A stretch of 64,000 nucleotides of DNA from an uncultured Chloroflexia bacterium (GTDB lineage Bacteria > Chloroflexota > Chloroflexia > Thermomicrobiales > UBA6265). Shown one piece after another: positions 1-13,891 of this stretch (within the stretch, counting starts at the first letter, position 1; every line of letters begins with the position of its first letter). The notes below the pieces were generated by a model that saw only the letters and a program-made list of their open reading frames with translations, was not told the origin of the DNA and made no database searches. Made by a program: the position numbers and the translations under genes. Where the stretch lies: assembly GCA_963751075.1 (NCBI GenBank), contig CAVVTE010000013.1, forward strand, positions 610,773 to 674,772, written 5' to 3'.

Positions 1-1785
1 CGGCTGGTGGGCCGCTTCGCGCGCAGGCAGGCGGTCACGAATCCGGAAAACACGGTCTTCTCCGTCAAGCGTTTCATGGGCCGCAAATTCGATGACCCGG
101 CCGTTCAGCGCGACAAGGGACTGGTCCCGTACCAGATCCGGGCCGCCAAGAACGGCGACGTTGAAGTGAAGATGGGCGATCGGTGGTACAGCCCGCAAGA
201 GATCTCCGCGATGATCCTGCAGAAACTGAAGACCGACGCCGAAGCCTATCTCGGCGAGAAGGTGACGCAGGCAGTCGTCACCGTACCCGCCTATTTCGAT
301 AATGCGCAGCGTGATGCCACCAAGGACGCCGGACGCATCGCCGGGCTGGACGTGCAACGGATCATCAACGAGCCGACTGCCTCGGCGCTAGCCTATGGTC
401 TCGACAACAAGGGCGACGAGCAAATCTCCGTCTACGACCTTGGTGGCGGCACCTACGACATCTCGATCCTGAATCTGTCCGAAGGCGTCTTCCAGGTCCA
501 GGCGACCAACGGCGACACCCACCTCGGCGGCGACGACTTCGACCAGGCGATCATCGACTTCCTCGCCGACGAGTTCAAGAAGCAGGAGGGAATCGACCTA
601 CGCCGGGACCGCATGGCCCTGCAACGTCTGAAGGAGGCCGCTGAGAAAGCAAAGATCGAGCTCTCCTCGGTCGAGCAGACTGACGTCAACCTCCCGTTCA
701 TCACGGCAGACGCGAGCGGCCCCAAGCACCTCAATATCACCATGACTCGGGCCAAGCTCGAGCAACTGACGCAGCCGCTCGTCGACCGCACCGTGCCCCC
801 GATGGATGCGGCGCTGAAGGATGCCGGGCAGAGCAAGGGTGAGATCGACGAGGTGATCCTCGTCGGCGGTCAGACCCGGATGCCGGCGGTGCAACGCAAG
901 GTGCAGAGCTTCTTCGGCAAGGAGCCGAACCGCGGTATCAATCCGGACGAGGTCGTGGCCCTGGGCGCCGCCATCCAGGGCGGTGTTCTCGGTGGCGACG
1001 TCAAGGACATCCTGCTTCTCGACGTCACCCCGCTGACTCTCTCCATTGAAACTCTGGGCGGCGTGGCGACTCCGCTGATCGAGCGCAACACGACCATTCC
1101 GACCAGGAAGAGCCAGACCTTTACTACTGCTTCGGACAGCCAGCCGCAGGTCGAGATCAACGTCCTGCAGGGTGAGCGGCCGATGGCAACTGACAACAAG
1201 AGCCTCGGCAAGTTCATCCTCGATGGGCTGCCACCGGCGCCACGCGGCACCCCGAAGATCGACGTCACCTTCGACATCGATGCCAACGGCATTCTCAACG
1301 TGACGGCGAAAGACCAGGCCACCGGCAAGGAGCAGAAGATCACCATCACCGGGTCCTCGGGGCTTTCCGAGACAGAGGTGCAGCGGATGGTCCAGGAGGC
1401 CGAGGCAAATGCCGAGGTGGACCGGCAGCGACGCGAGGCGATCTCGCTGCGCAACGACGCCGAGGCGATGGTGCTCCAGGCCGAGAACACTCTCCGCGAT
1501 TATGGGGATCGGATTCCCTCCGAGCTCAAGATGACGCTGGACACCAAGGTTCAGGCGGTCAAGGACATTCTGGAGAACGATCCGCAGAACGCCGACCGAC
1601 TGCGCCCAGCCTACGAGGACATGGTGCAGTCACTGACCCAGGTCGGGACATCGATGTACGAGCAGGCTGGCGCCGCGGGCGCCGACATGAGCGGCAACGG
1701 CACCGGCCCGGACACGGACACGGCTACTGACGAAGAGACCGTCGACGCCGAATTCCGCGAGGTTGGCGGCGAAGAGCGAGCGTAG
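1..1785 (+). CDS. dnaK: Chaperone DnaK (Hsp70), N-terminus cut by the window edge
   Basis: ORF 7..1785 stays open to base 1. Hsp70 signatures [26 protein letters not shown] and [17 protein letters not shown], plus an acidic C-terminal tail. Confidence 0.97.
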   Translation, partial: RLVGRFARRQAVTNPENTVFSVKRFMGRKFDDPAVQRDKGLVPYQIRAAKNGDVEVKMGDRWYSPQEISAMILQKLKTDAEAYLGEKVTQAVVTVPAYFDNAQRDATKDAGRIAGLDVQRIINEPTASALAYGLDNKGDEQISVYDLGGGTYDISILNLSEGVFQVQATNGDTHLGGDDFDQAIIDFLADEFKKQEGIDLRRDRMALQRLKEAAEKAKIELSSVEQTDVNLPFITADASGPKHLNITMTRAKLEQLTQPLVDRTVPPMDAALKDAGQSKGEIDEVILVGGQTRMPAVQRKVQSFFGKEPNRGINPDEVVALGAAIQGGVLGGDVKDILLLDVTPLTLSIETLGGVATPLIERNTTIPTRKSQTFTTASDSQPQVEINVLQGERPMATDNKSLGKFILDGLPPAPRGTPKIDVTFDIDANGILNVTAKDQATGKEQKITITGSSGLSETEVQRMVQEAEANAEVDRQRREAISLRNDAEAMVLQAENTLRDYGDRIPSELKMTLDTKVQAVKDILENDPQNADRLRPAYEDMVQSLTQVGTSMYEQAGAAGADMSGNGTGPDTDTATDEETVDAEFREVGGEERA

Positions 1786-1804
1786 CGACCGCGAGAATCA
1801 ACCT

Positions 1805-1834
1805 GAGGAGGGCGGCCAGCCGGCTGCTCTCCTC
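1805..1834. terminator. Candidate GC-rich hairpin between convergent dnaK and the MlrC-like gene
   Basis: GAGGAGGGC (1805-1813) pairs with GCTCTCCTC (1826-1834) with one mismatch. There is no U-tract. Confidence 0.25.
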
Positions 1835-1853
1835 GGTCTCGTAGAATCAGCGT

Positions 1854-4318
<2,465 letters not shown>

Positions 4319-4429
4319 GGGCAGGCGACGACCTCGTAACGGGACGTGCGGCCTTCTGGCCTGGAGGCGGACTATAGCGGGCCGGCCGGTGGCGGGCAAC
4401 ATGGGGGGAAAGATGATGTGATGTTAGGG

Positions 4430-4600
4430 AGACCGTTCGAGATGCTGATGATCATGGCGAAGAACTGGAGACGCCGGACGAAGGGAGGCAGCGGGTCTGG
4501 TCGCGCGACCGCCCGCTCGATCGTCGCGGCGCATCACGGGAACATCACGGCTGAAAGCAAATGTGGCGACGGTACACGTCTGATGATACGGCTGCCGATG
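4430..4600 (+). pseudogene. Relic of a histidine kinase HATPase_c C-terminus
   Basis: Inside ORF 4346..4825, RPFEMLM...GGSGSGRATARSIVAAHHGNITAESKCGDGTRLMIRLP resembles the G2-box and C-terminal end of sensor kinases. No upstream HisKA or sensor part is present. Confidence 0.45.
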
Positions 4601-5109
4601 TCGCCCGTACTAGAGATGGAGGCGGAACCGGCGCCGTCGATGCGCCAGATTGCGAGGCGCCAATCGGGACGGGGCGATCACTTGACCATATCGCAAGCGT
4701 TCCCGCAAAAATTGCAGAAGCGATGGACCGGCATCATTGCCGCCGGGGCCTCGATCGACCCTTGGCAGGAAGAGGCTGACGTGGGTAGCAGCCAATGCAC
4801 CGCGGACGATCGGCGCGCGGGATGACGCGGCAGCCGCCGGTGCTCCCGGATCGGCGTACGGACAGGTTACAGGGACGGTGAAGGGGGTAAAGATGATAAA
4901 GGTGATAAAGATGAAGAACGTCTCGCGTGCTGGGTGGGCCATTACCTTCACGCTCAGGCGGCCGACACCCGCTTCCCGAATGACCCTCCCCCCCAACCAC
5001 CTGCACGCCCAGAGGGGATCCGGCACCGGGCCCCGCCGTGGGTGCCGAGGCGTGGTCTTTCGGGTAGTGGGGTGGCCCCGGGCGCCCGGCGGGCAGGCGC
5101 TGACGGCGA

Positions 5110-5958
5110 ATGGGAATTCGAGGGGCGAGACCGTTCGTGATCCATCTTCGTGAAGTGGCACTGCTTCCGGCACGCGGCGGTCACGGTGAGGACGAGGGGT
5201 ATCCGTTCACCGTGCCCGCCGTCGCCTCGTTGTGCTCGGCGCCCCTCGAATTCGACGCGCCGGTGACCTTCCTCGTCGGGGAGAACGGATCCGGCAAATC
5301 GGCCATCCTGGAGGGGGTAGCCTGTGCCGCGGGAGCAATCGCCATCGCCGGTGACGATCCCCGTCGCGACCCGACACTGGCGCCGGCCCGGGTGCTAGGC
5401 GACCGCATGCGGCTAACCTGGCGGGCCCGGACCCAGCGCGGGTTCTTCCTGCGCGCGGAGGATTTTTTCGGGTTTGCCAAGTACATCTCCGCCTTGCGCG
5501 CCGGGCTGGAACGCGACCTGTCCGAGCTAAACGCCGAACCCGGGCCCGATACCTACGGCCGCCGACTGGCGCGTGGCGTGTTCACCAAGGAGCTTAATCA
5601 CCTCCATCAGACCGACAATACCGTCAACGCCTCGTCTCATGGGGAGAGTTTTCTCGAGCTGTTCCAGCGGCGGTTCATCCCGCGCGGGCTCTACCTGCTC
5701 GACGAGCCGGAAGCGCCGCTCTCCCCGGTGCGCCAACTGGCCCTGCTTGCCCTGTTGCAGGAGATGGCCGGCACAGGCGAAAGCCAGTTCGTCATCGCCA
5801 CGCACTCGCCGATCCTCATGGCATTCCCGGGAGCGACAATCTACAGCCTCGACGGCGGCACGCCCCGCCGCGTTGCCTGGGACGACCTCGAGCATGTGGC
5901 GCTCACCCGTGACTTCCTCAACGACCCGGACGCCTATCTGCGCCATCTCAGGGAGTGA
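5110..5958 (+). CDS. AAA/ABC-type ATPase (COG3910-like predicted ATPase)
   Basis: Walker A VGENGSGKS, Walker B LYLLDEPEAPLSP and ATHSPIL. The start could instead be GTG 5137. Confidence 0.75.
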   Translation: MGIRGARPFVIHLREVALLPARGGHGEDEGYPFTVPAVASLCSAPLEFDAPVTFLVGENGSGKSAILEGVACAAGAIAIAGDDPRRDPTLAPARVLGDRMRLTWRARTQRGFFLRAEDFFGFAKYISALRAGLERDLSELNAEPGPDTYGRRLARGVFTKELNHLHQTDNTVNASSHGESFLELFQRRFIPRGLYLLDEPEAPLSPVRQLALLALLQEMAGTGESQFVIATHSPILMAFPGATIYSLDGGTPRRVAWDDLEHVALTRDFLNDPDAYLRHLRE

Positions 5959-5971
5959 TGCCGCGCCGCGA

Positions 5972-6482
5972 TCAGTCGCTCCGCGCGGACTCCCAGCCAG
6001 GCGACGCGTAGAGTCTGACCCCACCTCGGTCTGGCAGCGCGTTACGCAGGTCGGAGATTGATTGCGTCAGGATGGGATGCGTCGCTTCCGGGGCGATCTC
6101 GGCGAGCGGGATCAGCACAAACGCGCGCTCGTGTAAGCGGGGATGCGGCAGCGTCAACAGATCGGTGGCGAGGATCACGTCATCGACCAGGAGCAGGTCG
6201 AGATCGAGTGTGCGCGGCGCGTTGGGGAACGTTCGTGTCCGGCCCAGATCGCGCTCGATGTCGAGCAGCGCGGCGAGGAGATCGGAGGGATCCAGACATG
6301 GTCTCCAGTGCGACGACCGCGTTGAAGAACGGCGGTTGCTCCAGGTATCCAACGGGATCCGTCTCGTACAGACTGGAAACCGCGTTGATCTGACCCAGCA
6401 CCGTGAGCCGCTGCACCGCCTGTCGAAGTGCATTCGCGCGGTCGCCGAGATTGGCTCCCAAGGCGATGTAGGCCGTTGCCAT
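5972..6482 (-). pseudogene. folK: HPPK (2-amino-4-hydroxy-6-hydroxymethyldihydropteridine diphosphokinase), one frame change
   Basis: The N-part is in ORF 6180..6482 (AYIALGANLGDR, LYETDPVG). The C-part is in ORF 5972..6433 (LLDIERDLGRTR, RTLDLDLL, LPHPRLHERAFVLIPL). There is one extra base near 6297-6301. Confidence 0.85.
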
Positions 6483-6487
6483 CCTGA

Positions 6488-7400
6488 TTACGGTGGGGGG
6501 CCGCCAGGCCAGCTTCGTGGCGACCGTGGAGGCCCGCGCACAATCGCATCTGTCATCCGCGCGACACGCACCATCGCCCGCACGTCGTGGACACGAACGA
6601 TGTCGGCTCCACCCGCGATGGCCATGCTGACCGTCGCCGCCGTCCCCTCCAGCCGGTCGTCCTCAGGGAGACCGAGCACGCGGCCGATGGTGCTCTTGCG
6701 GGACGTGCCGGCCAGGATCGGCCGACCCAGTGACTCGCAACTCACCGAGCCGGCGCAGCAACTCGAGATTCTGCCGCCAATCCTTGCCGAACCCGAACCC
6801 GGGATCGATGATCAAGTTTTCCCAGCCGACTCCCGCCGACACGGCGCGGTCGAGCCGCCGCGAGAGCTCGCGCAGGACGCTGGTAACCAGATCGACACCC
6901 GACTCGACTGTTATGTCATGCATGATGACCGCCGGCACCCCAGCCGCGGCGACAACCTCCGCCATCTCGGGATCGGCCGTGAAACCACGGACGTCGTTGA
7001 TGAGATCGGCCCCGGCCTCCAGCGCCGCCGCGGCGACGGCCGCCTTGCTGGTATCGACGGAAATCAGCACGTCGGTCTCGGCCCTGATCGCGGCCAGCGA
7101 GGGGATGAGGCGGGTCAGCTCGTCCTCCGCGGAAATCGGGGCATGTCCGGGGCGGGTCGACTCGGCGCCCAGATCGAGGATGCCGGCGCCATCCGCGACC
7201 GCCCGCAGTGCCGCCGCGAGCGCGGCGTCCTCGCGCCCGGCGAGCCCGTCGCCGGAGAAGGAGTCGGGGGTGAGATTGAGGATAGCCATGACGTGCGTGG
7301 TGTCGCCCCAACGCAACTCCCGCCCGTTCCAGACCGTTGGCGGCAGAGACGGATGCGTCTCTACGGCGTGGCCACGCGAGCGAGCCTGGGTATCGTTCAC
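6488..7400 (-). pseudogene. folP: Dihydropteroate synthase, one frame change
   Basis: The N-part is in ORF 6663..7400 (ILNLTPDSFSGDG, LDLGAESTRPG, IIDPGFGFGK). The C-part is in ORF 6488..6745 (LGRPILAGTSRKS, IVRVHDV). The junction lies within 6731-6746. Confidence 0.88.
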
Positions 7401-7978
7401 CGTGACCCGCCGCGCACGATGCTCATGAACTCCGCCCGCGTCTCGGGGCGATTGCGGAACCCGCCGCGCATCGCCGAGGTGACCATCGTCGCACCCGGCT
7501 TCTCGATGCCGCGGATGGTCATACAGGTGTGGACCGCCTCGATCACCACGCCGCAGCCGTCCGGTTGCAGCGAATCCGTCAGCGCATCGGCGACCTCGCT
7601 GGTCAGCCGCTCCTGGACCTGCGGCCGTCGGGCATAGCCCTCCACCAATCGCGCCAGCTTGCTCAGCCCGACGATGCGACCGCGCGGGATATAGCCGACA
7701 TGGGCAATTCCCGTGAATGGCAGCAGGTGATGCTCGCAGAGCGAGGCGAAGGGGATATCGCGCAGCACGACCATCTCCTTGTGCCCCTCGTCGAAGGTGG
7801 CCTGGAGATGGTGCCGTGGGTCCTCACGCAACCCGGCGAAGAGCTCGTCGTACGCTTCGGCGATGCGGTGTGGGGTGCGCTGCAGCCCCTCTCGATCGGG
7901 ATCCTCGCCAATGGCCAGCAGGATCTCGCGCACCGCCGCCTCGATCCGCGGCTTGTCGATGGCTCCTCGTTGGCTCAC
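7397..7978 (-). CDS. folE: GTP cyclohydrolase I
   Basis: Intact 193 aa with CEHHLLPF and the typical FolE length. The GTG start overlaps the corrected folB stop (GTGA at 7975-7978), and the gene overlaps the folP start by 4 nt. Confidence 0.93.
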   Translation of the reverse strand: MSQRGAIDKPRIEAAVREILLAIGEDPDREGLQRTPHRIAEAYDELFAGLREDPRHHLQATFDEGHKEMVVLRDIPFASLCEHHLLPFTGIAHVGYIPRGRIVGLSKLARLVEGYARRPQVQERLTSEVADALTDSLQPDGCGVVIEAVHTCMTIRGIEKPGATMVTSAMRGGFRNRPETRAEFMSIVRGGSR

Positions 7979-8398
7979 AAGTTACGGCTCTCGTCTGCTC
8001 GCGAGCGCGTAATCCGTACCCCGGCGGCATCGAGCATCGACCCCTTCATTGGGACCTCCGGCTTGCGGACGGTCACGTTGACTTGCTCGGACGGGGGGAA
8101 GCTCCGCCAGGATTTCCCCGGCGATGGACTCCGCCACCGCCTCGATCAGATTGCGCGGCTCCCCTTCCACGATCCGGCGCACCAGCTTGTAGACCGCGCT
8201 GTAGGAGACAGTGTCCGCAAGATCGTCGCTCTGCCCCGCCCGACGCAGATCGACCGCCAGGGCGACGTCGACGGTGAAACGCTGCCCGAGGGCCCGCTCC
8301 TCCGGGTTGACCCCGTGGTAGGCGTAGAACCGCATCCCCTCAAGGAGGATCTCGTCGGTTGCTGACGGGTTGTTCGTTGGGGATATGGCAATCATCAA
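7975..8398 (-). pseudogene. folB: Dihydroneopterin aldolase, one frame change in a G6 run
   Basis: ORF 7982..8398 reads LEGMRFYAYHGVNPEERALGQRF and then turns into an Arg-rich tail. Removing one G from G6 at 8093-8098 gives ...AELPPSEQVNVTVRKPEVPMKGSMLDAAGVRITRSR and a stop at 7975-7977. Confidence 0.85.
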
Positions 8399-8527
8399 GG
8401 TGCGAGTATACGGTCGTGGTGGGCGTCCGATGATTGAGAGCGGTCTCTCCCAGCTGTCGCCACATCGTCTCGAGCGGAGTACGCGTCTGCAGAACGACCA
8501 TCGACTTATCGTGCAACCCCGAACGCG

Positions 8528-9644
8528 CTATGACGGTCTAGCGACTTCAGCGAGCACGTTGAGCAGGTGCGGATAGGTCTGATCCGCCGAGTAAGCAGCG
8601 AGAGCTGAACGCCGTGCCCGATCACCCATTTCGCCGAGTTCGTGCCGATGGCTCAAAGCCCAGGAAACGCGGTCGATGAGTTGCTCGGCGTTGTTAGGTT
8701 CGATCAAGAAACCAGTCACGCCGTGTTCGACCATCTCGGGAATCGATCCCACTTTGCTTGCAATAACGGGAAGTCCCGCCGTCATAGCCTCAACGACGGC
8801 GAAAGGCGAGTAGTCAAACCGAGTTGGGAAGACGAAGAGGTCGAACGAGGGCATGACTTGCGTCACCAACTCGTCCCAAGGCACGTTCCTCCGAACCGAG
8901 ACGTTCCGCAGAGAACTTGTTGGCACATCATGGCTGGTGATCAGTGTCAGGTGTGCGTGGTCCGCGAAATGCTCCTGGTGCACCCGAAGAAGCAGGTCCC
9001 CACCTTTACGGATGAAATCGTTGCCCACGAAACCCAGGTGGATCTGATGATTTCCAGGGCTCAGCGGTGGCAGTAGTCTTGCTTCAGGCATCTTGATCCC
9101 GTTCCGCACCACCCTGACCTTCTCCGGATCAATTCCGTAGTCCTTTACGACTGATTCCGCAGCCCAATTGGACCAAGAGACGACCAAGTTGCTCCGTTCG
9201 AAAATCCTCTTCTCGAGTCGGTATACCGGTTGAAAGAGAGGAGACGGAGAATAGCGTGACTCACCGTAAACCATGAGCTTCCGTGTCGAATCGATGGCGA
9301 CAACTACCGGAACGTCCCTGGGTAGACTTGAGAGCAATACGGCCGGCCGTCTGCGTTTGGATGAATACGAGTCCAAAGCGCGAGAGATCGACTCCACGGA
9401 GTGCGAAACGTGAATGGATGTACTTGTACTGGAACATCCACCACTCCTTGAAGTCGGCTCCGTAGCGGTTCAACACCGGCAGACGAGGCCCGCCACCACT
9501 GAGCAAATGCGGGGGCAAGCGCACAACGGTCGATGCGAACCTTGGGTCGGCGTCTAGGTAATGCTCGAGAAAACGCGTGTACGTACGGAGGCCCAGGTCA
9601 AACTCCATGAGAAAGAGACTATTGATTTCTCGACCTGCCAACAT
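8528..9644 (-). pseudogene. GT4-family glycosyltransferase, one frame change
   Basis: The C-domain is in ORF 8528..9397 (FVFPTRFDYSPFAVVEAMTAGLPVIASKVGSIPEMV, the EX7E region). The N-domain is in ORF 9261..9644. The junction is near 9390-9400. Confidence 0.75.
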
Positions 9645-9845
9645 GGTCTTCTTCCAGTCTCCGTTTCAGTCAGCACCACGCGTCGGGTGCTACGCAGGTT
9701 GACTCGAGTTTCCAACGTCCAATCCCGGGGTGATCCCTCGGAGTAAGCGCAGACCGCCGCTGTCGACGGAGCTGAGCCGAACCGTATAGCGTGCTCGCGG
9801 CCGCGAACTCGGGTTGACCTTCCCACGCGTGACTGTTCGAGCCAG

Positions 9846-10855
9846 TTATCGGGCTCTTAGGTCTGACGGTCCAGAACCTGCAGCTTCGCGAGTATGCCAA
9901 TTCCACGCCGTCTCGATGATGGTCGCAAGGTCCGCGTACTGGGGGCTCCATCGGAGCAGCTGCCTAGCTCTTCGCGATCCGCGGTGAGGATTGGCGGGTC
10001 TCCCGCGCGTGCTTGACGCTCGCGCACGGGCACCCGTCGGCCACTCACTTGCTCGACCGCGGCAATCACCTCGCGCACCGAACTGCCGACTCCCTGTGCC
10101 CAGGTTCACCGCCGTACATTCCATGCCGTCGTTCGTCAAGTACTGAAGCGCCTGCAGATGCGCGGTCGCCAGGTCGGTGACGTGGACAAAATCGCGAACC
10201 GCAGTCCCGTCCGGGGTCGGGTACGTCAGTTCCGTACAGGTCGAAGTGTTGCCGCTGCCCGAGCGCAGCCTCAATCACCGAGGGAATGAGGTGGGTCTCT
10301 GGCGCGTGGCTCTCACCCAGACTCCCCATCCGGGTCGGCCCCGGCCGCATTGAAGTAGCGCAGAGCCATCCAGCGCAGGCCGTATGCCTCTCCATACCAG
10401 TGCAGGACCCGCTCGATGAACAGCTTGGATTCGCCGTACGGGTTGATCGGCTGCTGGGGATGATCGTCCGGAATTGGCAGGACTTGCGGCACGCCGAATG
10501 TCGCACAACTCGATGAGAAGACGATCGTACCAACACCGGCGGCACGCATCGCGTCGAGGAGCGTCAAAGAGTTGATGACATTGTTGCGAAAATACATGCT
10601 CGGTTCGTGAATGGACTCGCCGACATATGCAGAAGCGGCAAAATGAATGACCGCCTGGATCGCCTGTTGTGACAGGACATTCTGAATGAGCGAGCCGTCG
10701 GCCAGGTCTCCCTCAATTAAGGGCCCCCAGCGCACGGCCCAACGGTGACCTTCACTAAGATTGTCCAGCACCACCGGTTCATGGCCAGCAGTTGCGAGGA
10801 GCTTCGCCGTGTGACTACCGATGTACCCCGCCCCGCCGGTGACGAGGACGCGCAT
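9846..10855 (-). pseudogene. galE: UDP-glucose 4-epimerase, at least 4 frame changes
   Basis: MRVLVTGGAGYIGSH...[10 protein letters not shown] lies in ORF 10313..10855. The gene continues through ORFs 10066..10545, 9846..10274 ([19 protein letters not shown]) and 9857..10078, then returns to the 9846 frame ([19 protein letters not shown]). Confidence 0.85.
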
Positions 10856-11669
10856 CAGTGATTGTCCCGGTAGTAGGTAATCCTGCGCTTGAGCCCATCA
10901 CGAACTGACATCGCCGGCTGCCACCCTAATTCCCAGTGGTCTAGCGCGATATCCGGCCGCCGCTGCTCCGGGTCATCCGCAGGTAGGGCCTCGAAGACGA
11001 TGGGGGAGGCGCTATTGGTACGCTCCCGTAGGAGTTGAGCGAGCTCGAGAACGGTATATTCCTCCGGGTTCCGCAGATTGATCGGTTCTCTGCAGGGCGA
11101 CTCCGCCAGGAGGATGAGGCCAGAGACTAGATCATCAACATACTGAAACATGCGCGTTTGGCTCCCGTCGCAGTACACCGTCAGCGCATCACCACGCAAG
11201 CAGTGTGCGATGAAATTGCTCACGATCATGCCGTCGTCCGACACACGCGCGGTCCATAGGTGTTGTGAAGAGACGGGCGATAGCCGTATTGACTCTGTGG
11301 GCCTCGACATATGTCACCATCAGCGCTTCCCCGTGGGGTTTGGCCTTGTCGTACATCGAGCGGCGTCCAATCGGGTTGACATTGCCCCAATAGTCTTCCC
11401 GTGGTTTCAACTGGGTAGAGCTGGTAGGCCCGGGGGCTGACCGGGCTGGCCAGGTGAAAGTTGGGATCGACGCGCGGCAAGGGTGGCAGGTCTTTAATAC
11501 TGTCGTGCGCTTTGTAGGTGAACCACGGGTGGGCCGTCAGCGTTGTGATGTTCTCGCGGTGGCCCGTTATCAGATTATTGAAACTGATCACGGTATCCCC
11601 CGCGGCGATCAACCGATGGCAAAGGTGGGATCCCACGAAACCAACGCGACCGGCCACAAGACTCATCAA
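10855..11669 (-). pseudogene. UDP-glucuronate decarboxylase (UXS)-like SDR, at least 2 frame changes plus altered conserved residues
   Basis: The pieces are ORFs 11226..11669, 11189..11410 (EDYWGNVNPIGRRSMYD) and 10855..11310 (DGSQTRMFQYVDDLV). The Rossmann motif reads GRVGFVGSH instead of GGAGFIGSH. The stop overlaps the galE start (ATGA). Confidence 0.75.
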
Positions 11670-12070
11670 TACCGACCTCCATCCGGGTGGTAGGCCGACG
11701 ACAACCGGGCGAAGTGCGAAGTTACCTCGGATTGGTCGTGCGAACAGACACAGTCTATATCAGGGGAAGGTATCGAGACCGCTTCCCGAGCGCCGGCCAG
11801 TCCCAAACGGTGGAGTCTCCTCGGACTCTCGCTACGGGCCCCGTTTTTTTCACGGCACATCACCCTTCAGGGACTCGTGGTGCGTTGCAACCCGGACTGC
11901 CGGACCTCCATACAGGAATGATCCGAGCTGCCAGGGAGAGAATGCTCCCACGGCTGGGCAATGAGTGGCAGATTGTCGAACGCCAGTGCCAAGACGACAA
12001 TCGGCTGCGATACACGACGCGCTCAGCTTTTGATCGGCGGACAAGCTCACCCGTACATTCGACGCGTCTA

Positions 12071-12931
12071 GAGCCTGTTATGCACTTGGTACGCTTGCGG
12101 CATGGAAACGCAAGTTCACCCGCGCAAGCCGTATCCGACCGATGTCAGCGACGAGGAATGGGAGTTTGTGCTGCCCTACCTGACGTTGATGGACCACGAC
12201 GCCCCGCAACGGCGCTATGACCTGCGCGAGGTCTTCAACGCGTTGCGCTGGATTGTGCACACGGGCGCGCCCTGGCGCTATCTTCCCAACGACCTGCCAC
12301 CGTGGGAAGCGGTCTACCAACAGACGCGGCGCTGGCTGGAGGCGGGCGTCTTCGAGACCATGGTGCACGATCTGCGCGAGATGCTGCGCTGGGCGGAGGG
12401 GCGCCGCCCGCAGCCGTCGGCCGTGATTTTCGACAGCGCCACGCGGCAATCGACGCCGGAGAGTGGGCACCGGGCGGGCTACGACGGGCACAAACGGCGC
12501 AAGGGGAGCAAGATCCATCTGGCCGTCGATACGCTTGGCCATCTGCTCGCGGTCCTTGTCACCCCGGCTAATGCCCAGGAGCGAGAGCAGGTCGCGGCGC
12601 TGGCCGCGGCGGTGCAGGAAGCCACTGGGCAGACGGTCGAACTGGCCTTCGTCGATCAGGGCTATACGGGAGAGCAGCCAGCGGCCGATGCCGCACGGCA
12701 GGGCATCCAGCTGGAGGTGGTCAAGCTGCCGGAAGCTAAGCGCGGGTTCGTCTTGTTGCCGCGCCGCTGGGTGGTGGAGCGTTCCTTCGCCTGGGCGAGC
12801 GCGCTTCCGTCGCCTGGCCAAAGATTACGAAGGCTTGCCCGAAGTCGTCGCTGGCTTGCATGTCTTGGCCTTTGTCAGCCTGATGCTGCATCGATTGCTG
12901 ACTACCGCTGTGCAAAGTCCATAACAGGCTC
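12071..12931 (+). mobile_element. IS5-family insertion sequence, 861 bp
   Basis: 17-bp terminal inverted repeats with one mismatch: GAGCCTGTTATGCACTT (12071-12087) and the reverse complement of 12915-12931, GAGCCTGTTATGGACTT. TA lies on both flanks. The element carries a single transposase gene. Confidence 0.85.
12102..12924 (+). pseudogene. IS5-family DDE transposase (DUF4096 N-terminus), one frame change near the C-terminus
   Basis: ORF 12102..12968 reads ...[13 protein letters not shown], and the conserved tail [32 protein letters not shown] is in the frame of ORF 12463..12924. There is one extra base near 12801. Confidence 0.85.
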
Positions 12932-12984
12932 TAAGGTCTCGCTGCAGGAGTTGACGGAATTCTCGTGACTGGTCGACCATAACC

Positions 12985-13734
12985 TTGGGGCAAGAGAAGC
13001 CCACTAGCATCGGGGAGAACGCCGTGCTACGGCAAGCGATACCCAACGTCCCTAATCGTGTCCTGCAGGAGATGTTCCGCACCCGGGTGGTGCACGACGA
13101 ACGTGGACAGCCCTACAAGTTCCAGTCGGGGATTTCCCCGGAATGCTCGGAAGCATTGTACCGAACGGTCTTGGAGAGACAGCCTGAGCTGATAGTTGAA
13201 GTCGGCCTCGCATACGGGGTGTCTACGTTGTCACTCCTCACGGCCTTAGAAGAAACCGGCGGAGACGGTCGGTTGATCTCGATCGATCCTGATCAGAGCA
13301 CTGCCTGGCACTCCATCGGATCAAGCAATGTGAAGAAAGCCGACCTGTCAGCCCGGCACCAGGTCATTGAGGCCCATGATTACATTGCCCTTCCTGACCG
13401 CATCACGTGCGGCGTCCGGATAGACTTCGCCTATATCGATGGGTGGCACACGTTCGATTATGCTTTGTTGGACTTCTTCTTCCTGGATAAGATGCTCAAG
13501 CCTGGCGGGATATGCGCGCTGAACGATTGCGATCTGTTGGCGATCGATAAGGTCATCAGATTCATCAGGACGCACCGGCGGTACCGGGAGATTGACGTCG
13601 GGTTGGCCCCGAGGCTGAGCTGGGCAATACCGGGCCACGGCAAACCCCTGTGGCCGCGACTCAAGAAAAGGGATCGGTATTTCGAGAAGCTTGAAGACTG
13701 GGAGCCATGCTGGGATTTCTTCGCGAACTTCTAA
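12985..13734 (+). CDS. Class I SAM-dependent methyltransferase (Methyltransf_24-like)
   Basis: Intact ORF with VEVGLAYGVSTLSLL and FAYIDGWHTFDYALLDFF motifs. The start codon is uncertain, and the IS lies 50 bp upstream. Confidence 0.7.
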   Translation: MGQEKPTSIGENAVLRQAIPNVPNRVLQEMFRTRVVHDERGQPYKFQSGISPECSEALYRTVLERQPELIVEVGLAYGVSTLSLLTALEETGGDGRLISIDPDQSTAWHSIGSSNVKKADLSARHQVIEAHDYIALPDRITCGVRIDFAYIDGWHTFDYALLDFFFLDKMLKPGGICALNDCDLLAIDKVIRFIRTHRRYREIDVGLAPRLSWAIPGHGKPLWPRLKKRDRYFEKLEDWEPCWDFFANF

Positions 13735-13891
13735 TGAACCGCTTGAGGGTTCAGCAACTGGTACGTTGCGGTTCCGCGGTACAAAGTAGTTCGAGCCAGA
13801 GCGGCTATGCACTCACAATCACACTAGGGGAGGATTCCCCAACATTATCGGTGTGTAGTTCGACGACTACGAACCCTAACGACTGGTTAAC

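Noticed and set aside
5110-5958. Lone AAA/ABC-type ATPase as part of a defence system
   Set aside because: There is no adjacent nuclease, methylase, TIR or other effector gene. Its neighbours are a kinase relic and the folate operon, and the family (COG3910-like) is widespread as a stand-alone gene.
6072-7637. 521-aa plus-strand ORF, the longest in this region
   Set aside because: It is antisense to folK, folP and folE, whose translations carry clear family motifs. Its own translation is Arg/Ser/Gly/Pro-rich with no recognisable motif, the typical shadow ORF of high-GC DNA.
12790-12810. Programmed ribosomal frameshift in the IS5 transposase
   Set aside because: IS frameshift sites lie between an N-terminal DNA-binding ORF and the catalytic ORF and use slippery heptamers. 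This break lies after the catalytic region, has no slippery motif, and fits the same one-extra-base pattern seen in unrelated genes.
12078-12821. 247-aa minus-strand ORF inside the IS element
   Set aside because: It is antisense to the well-supported IS5 transposase and has no motif support.
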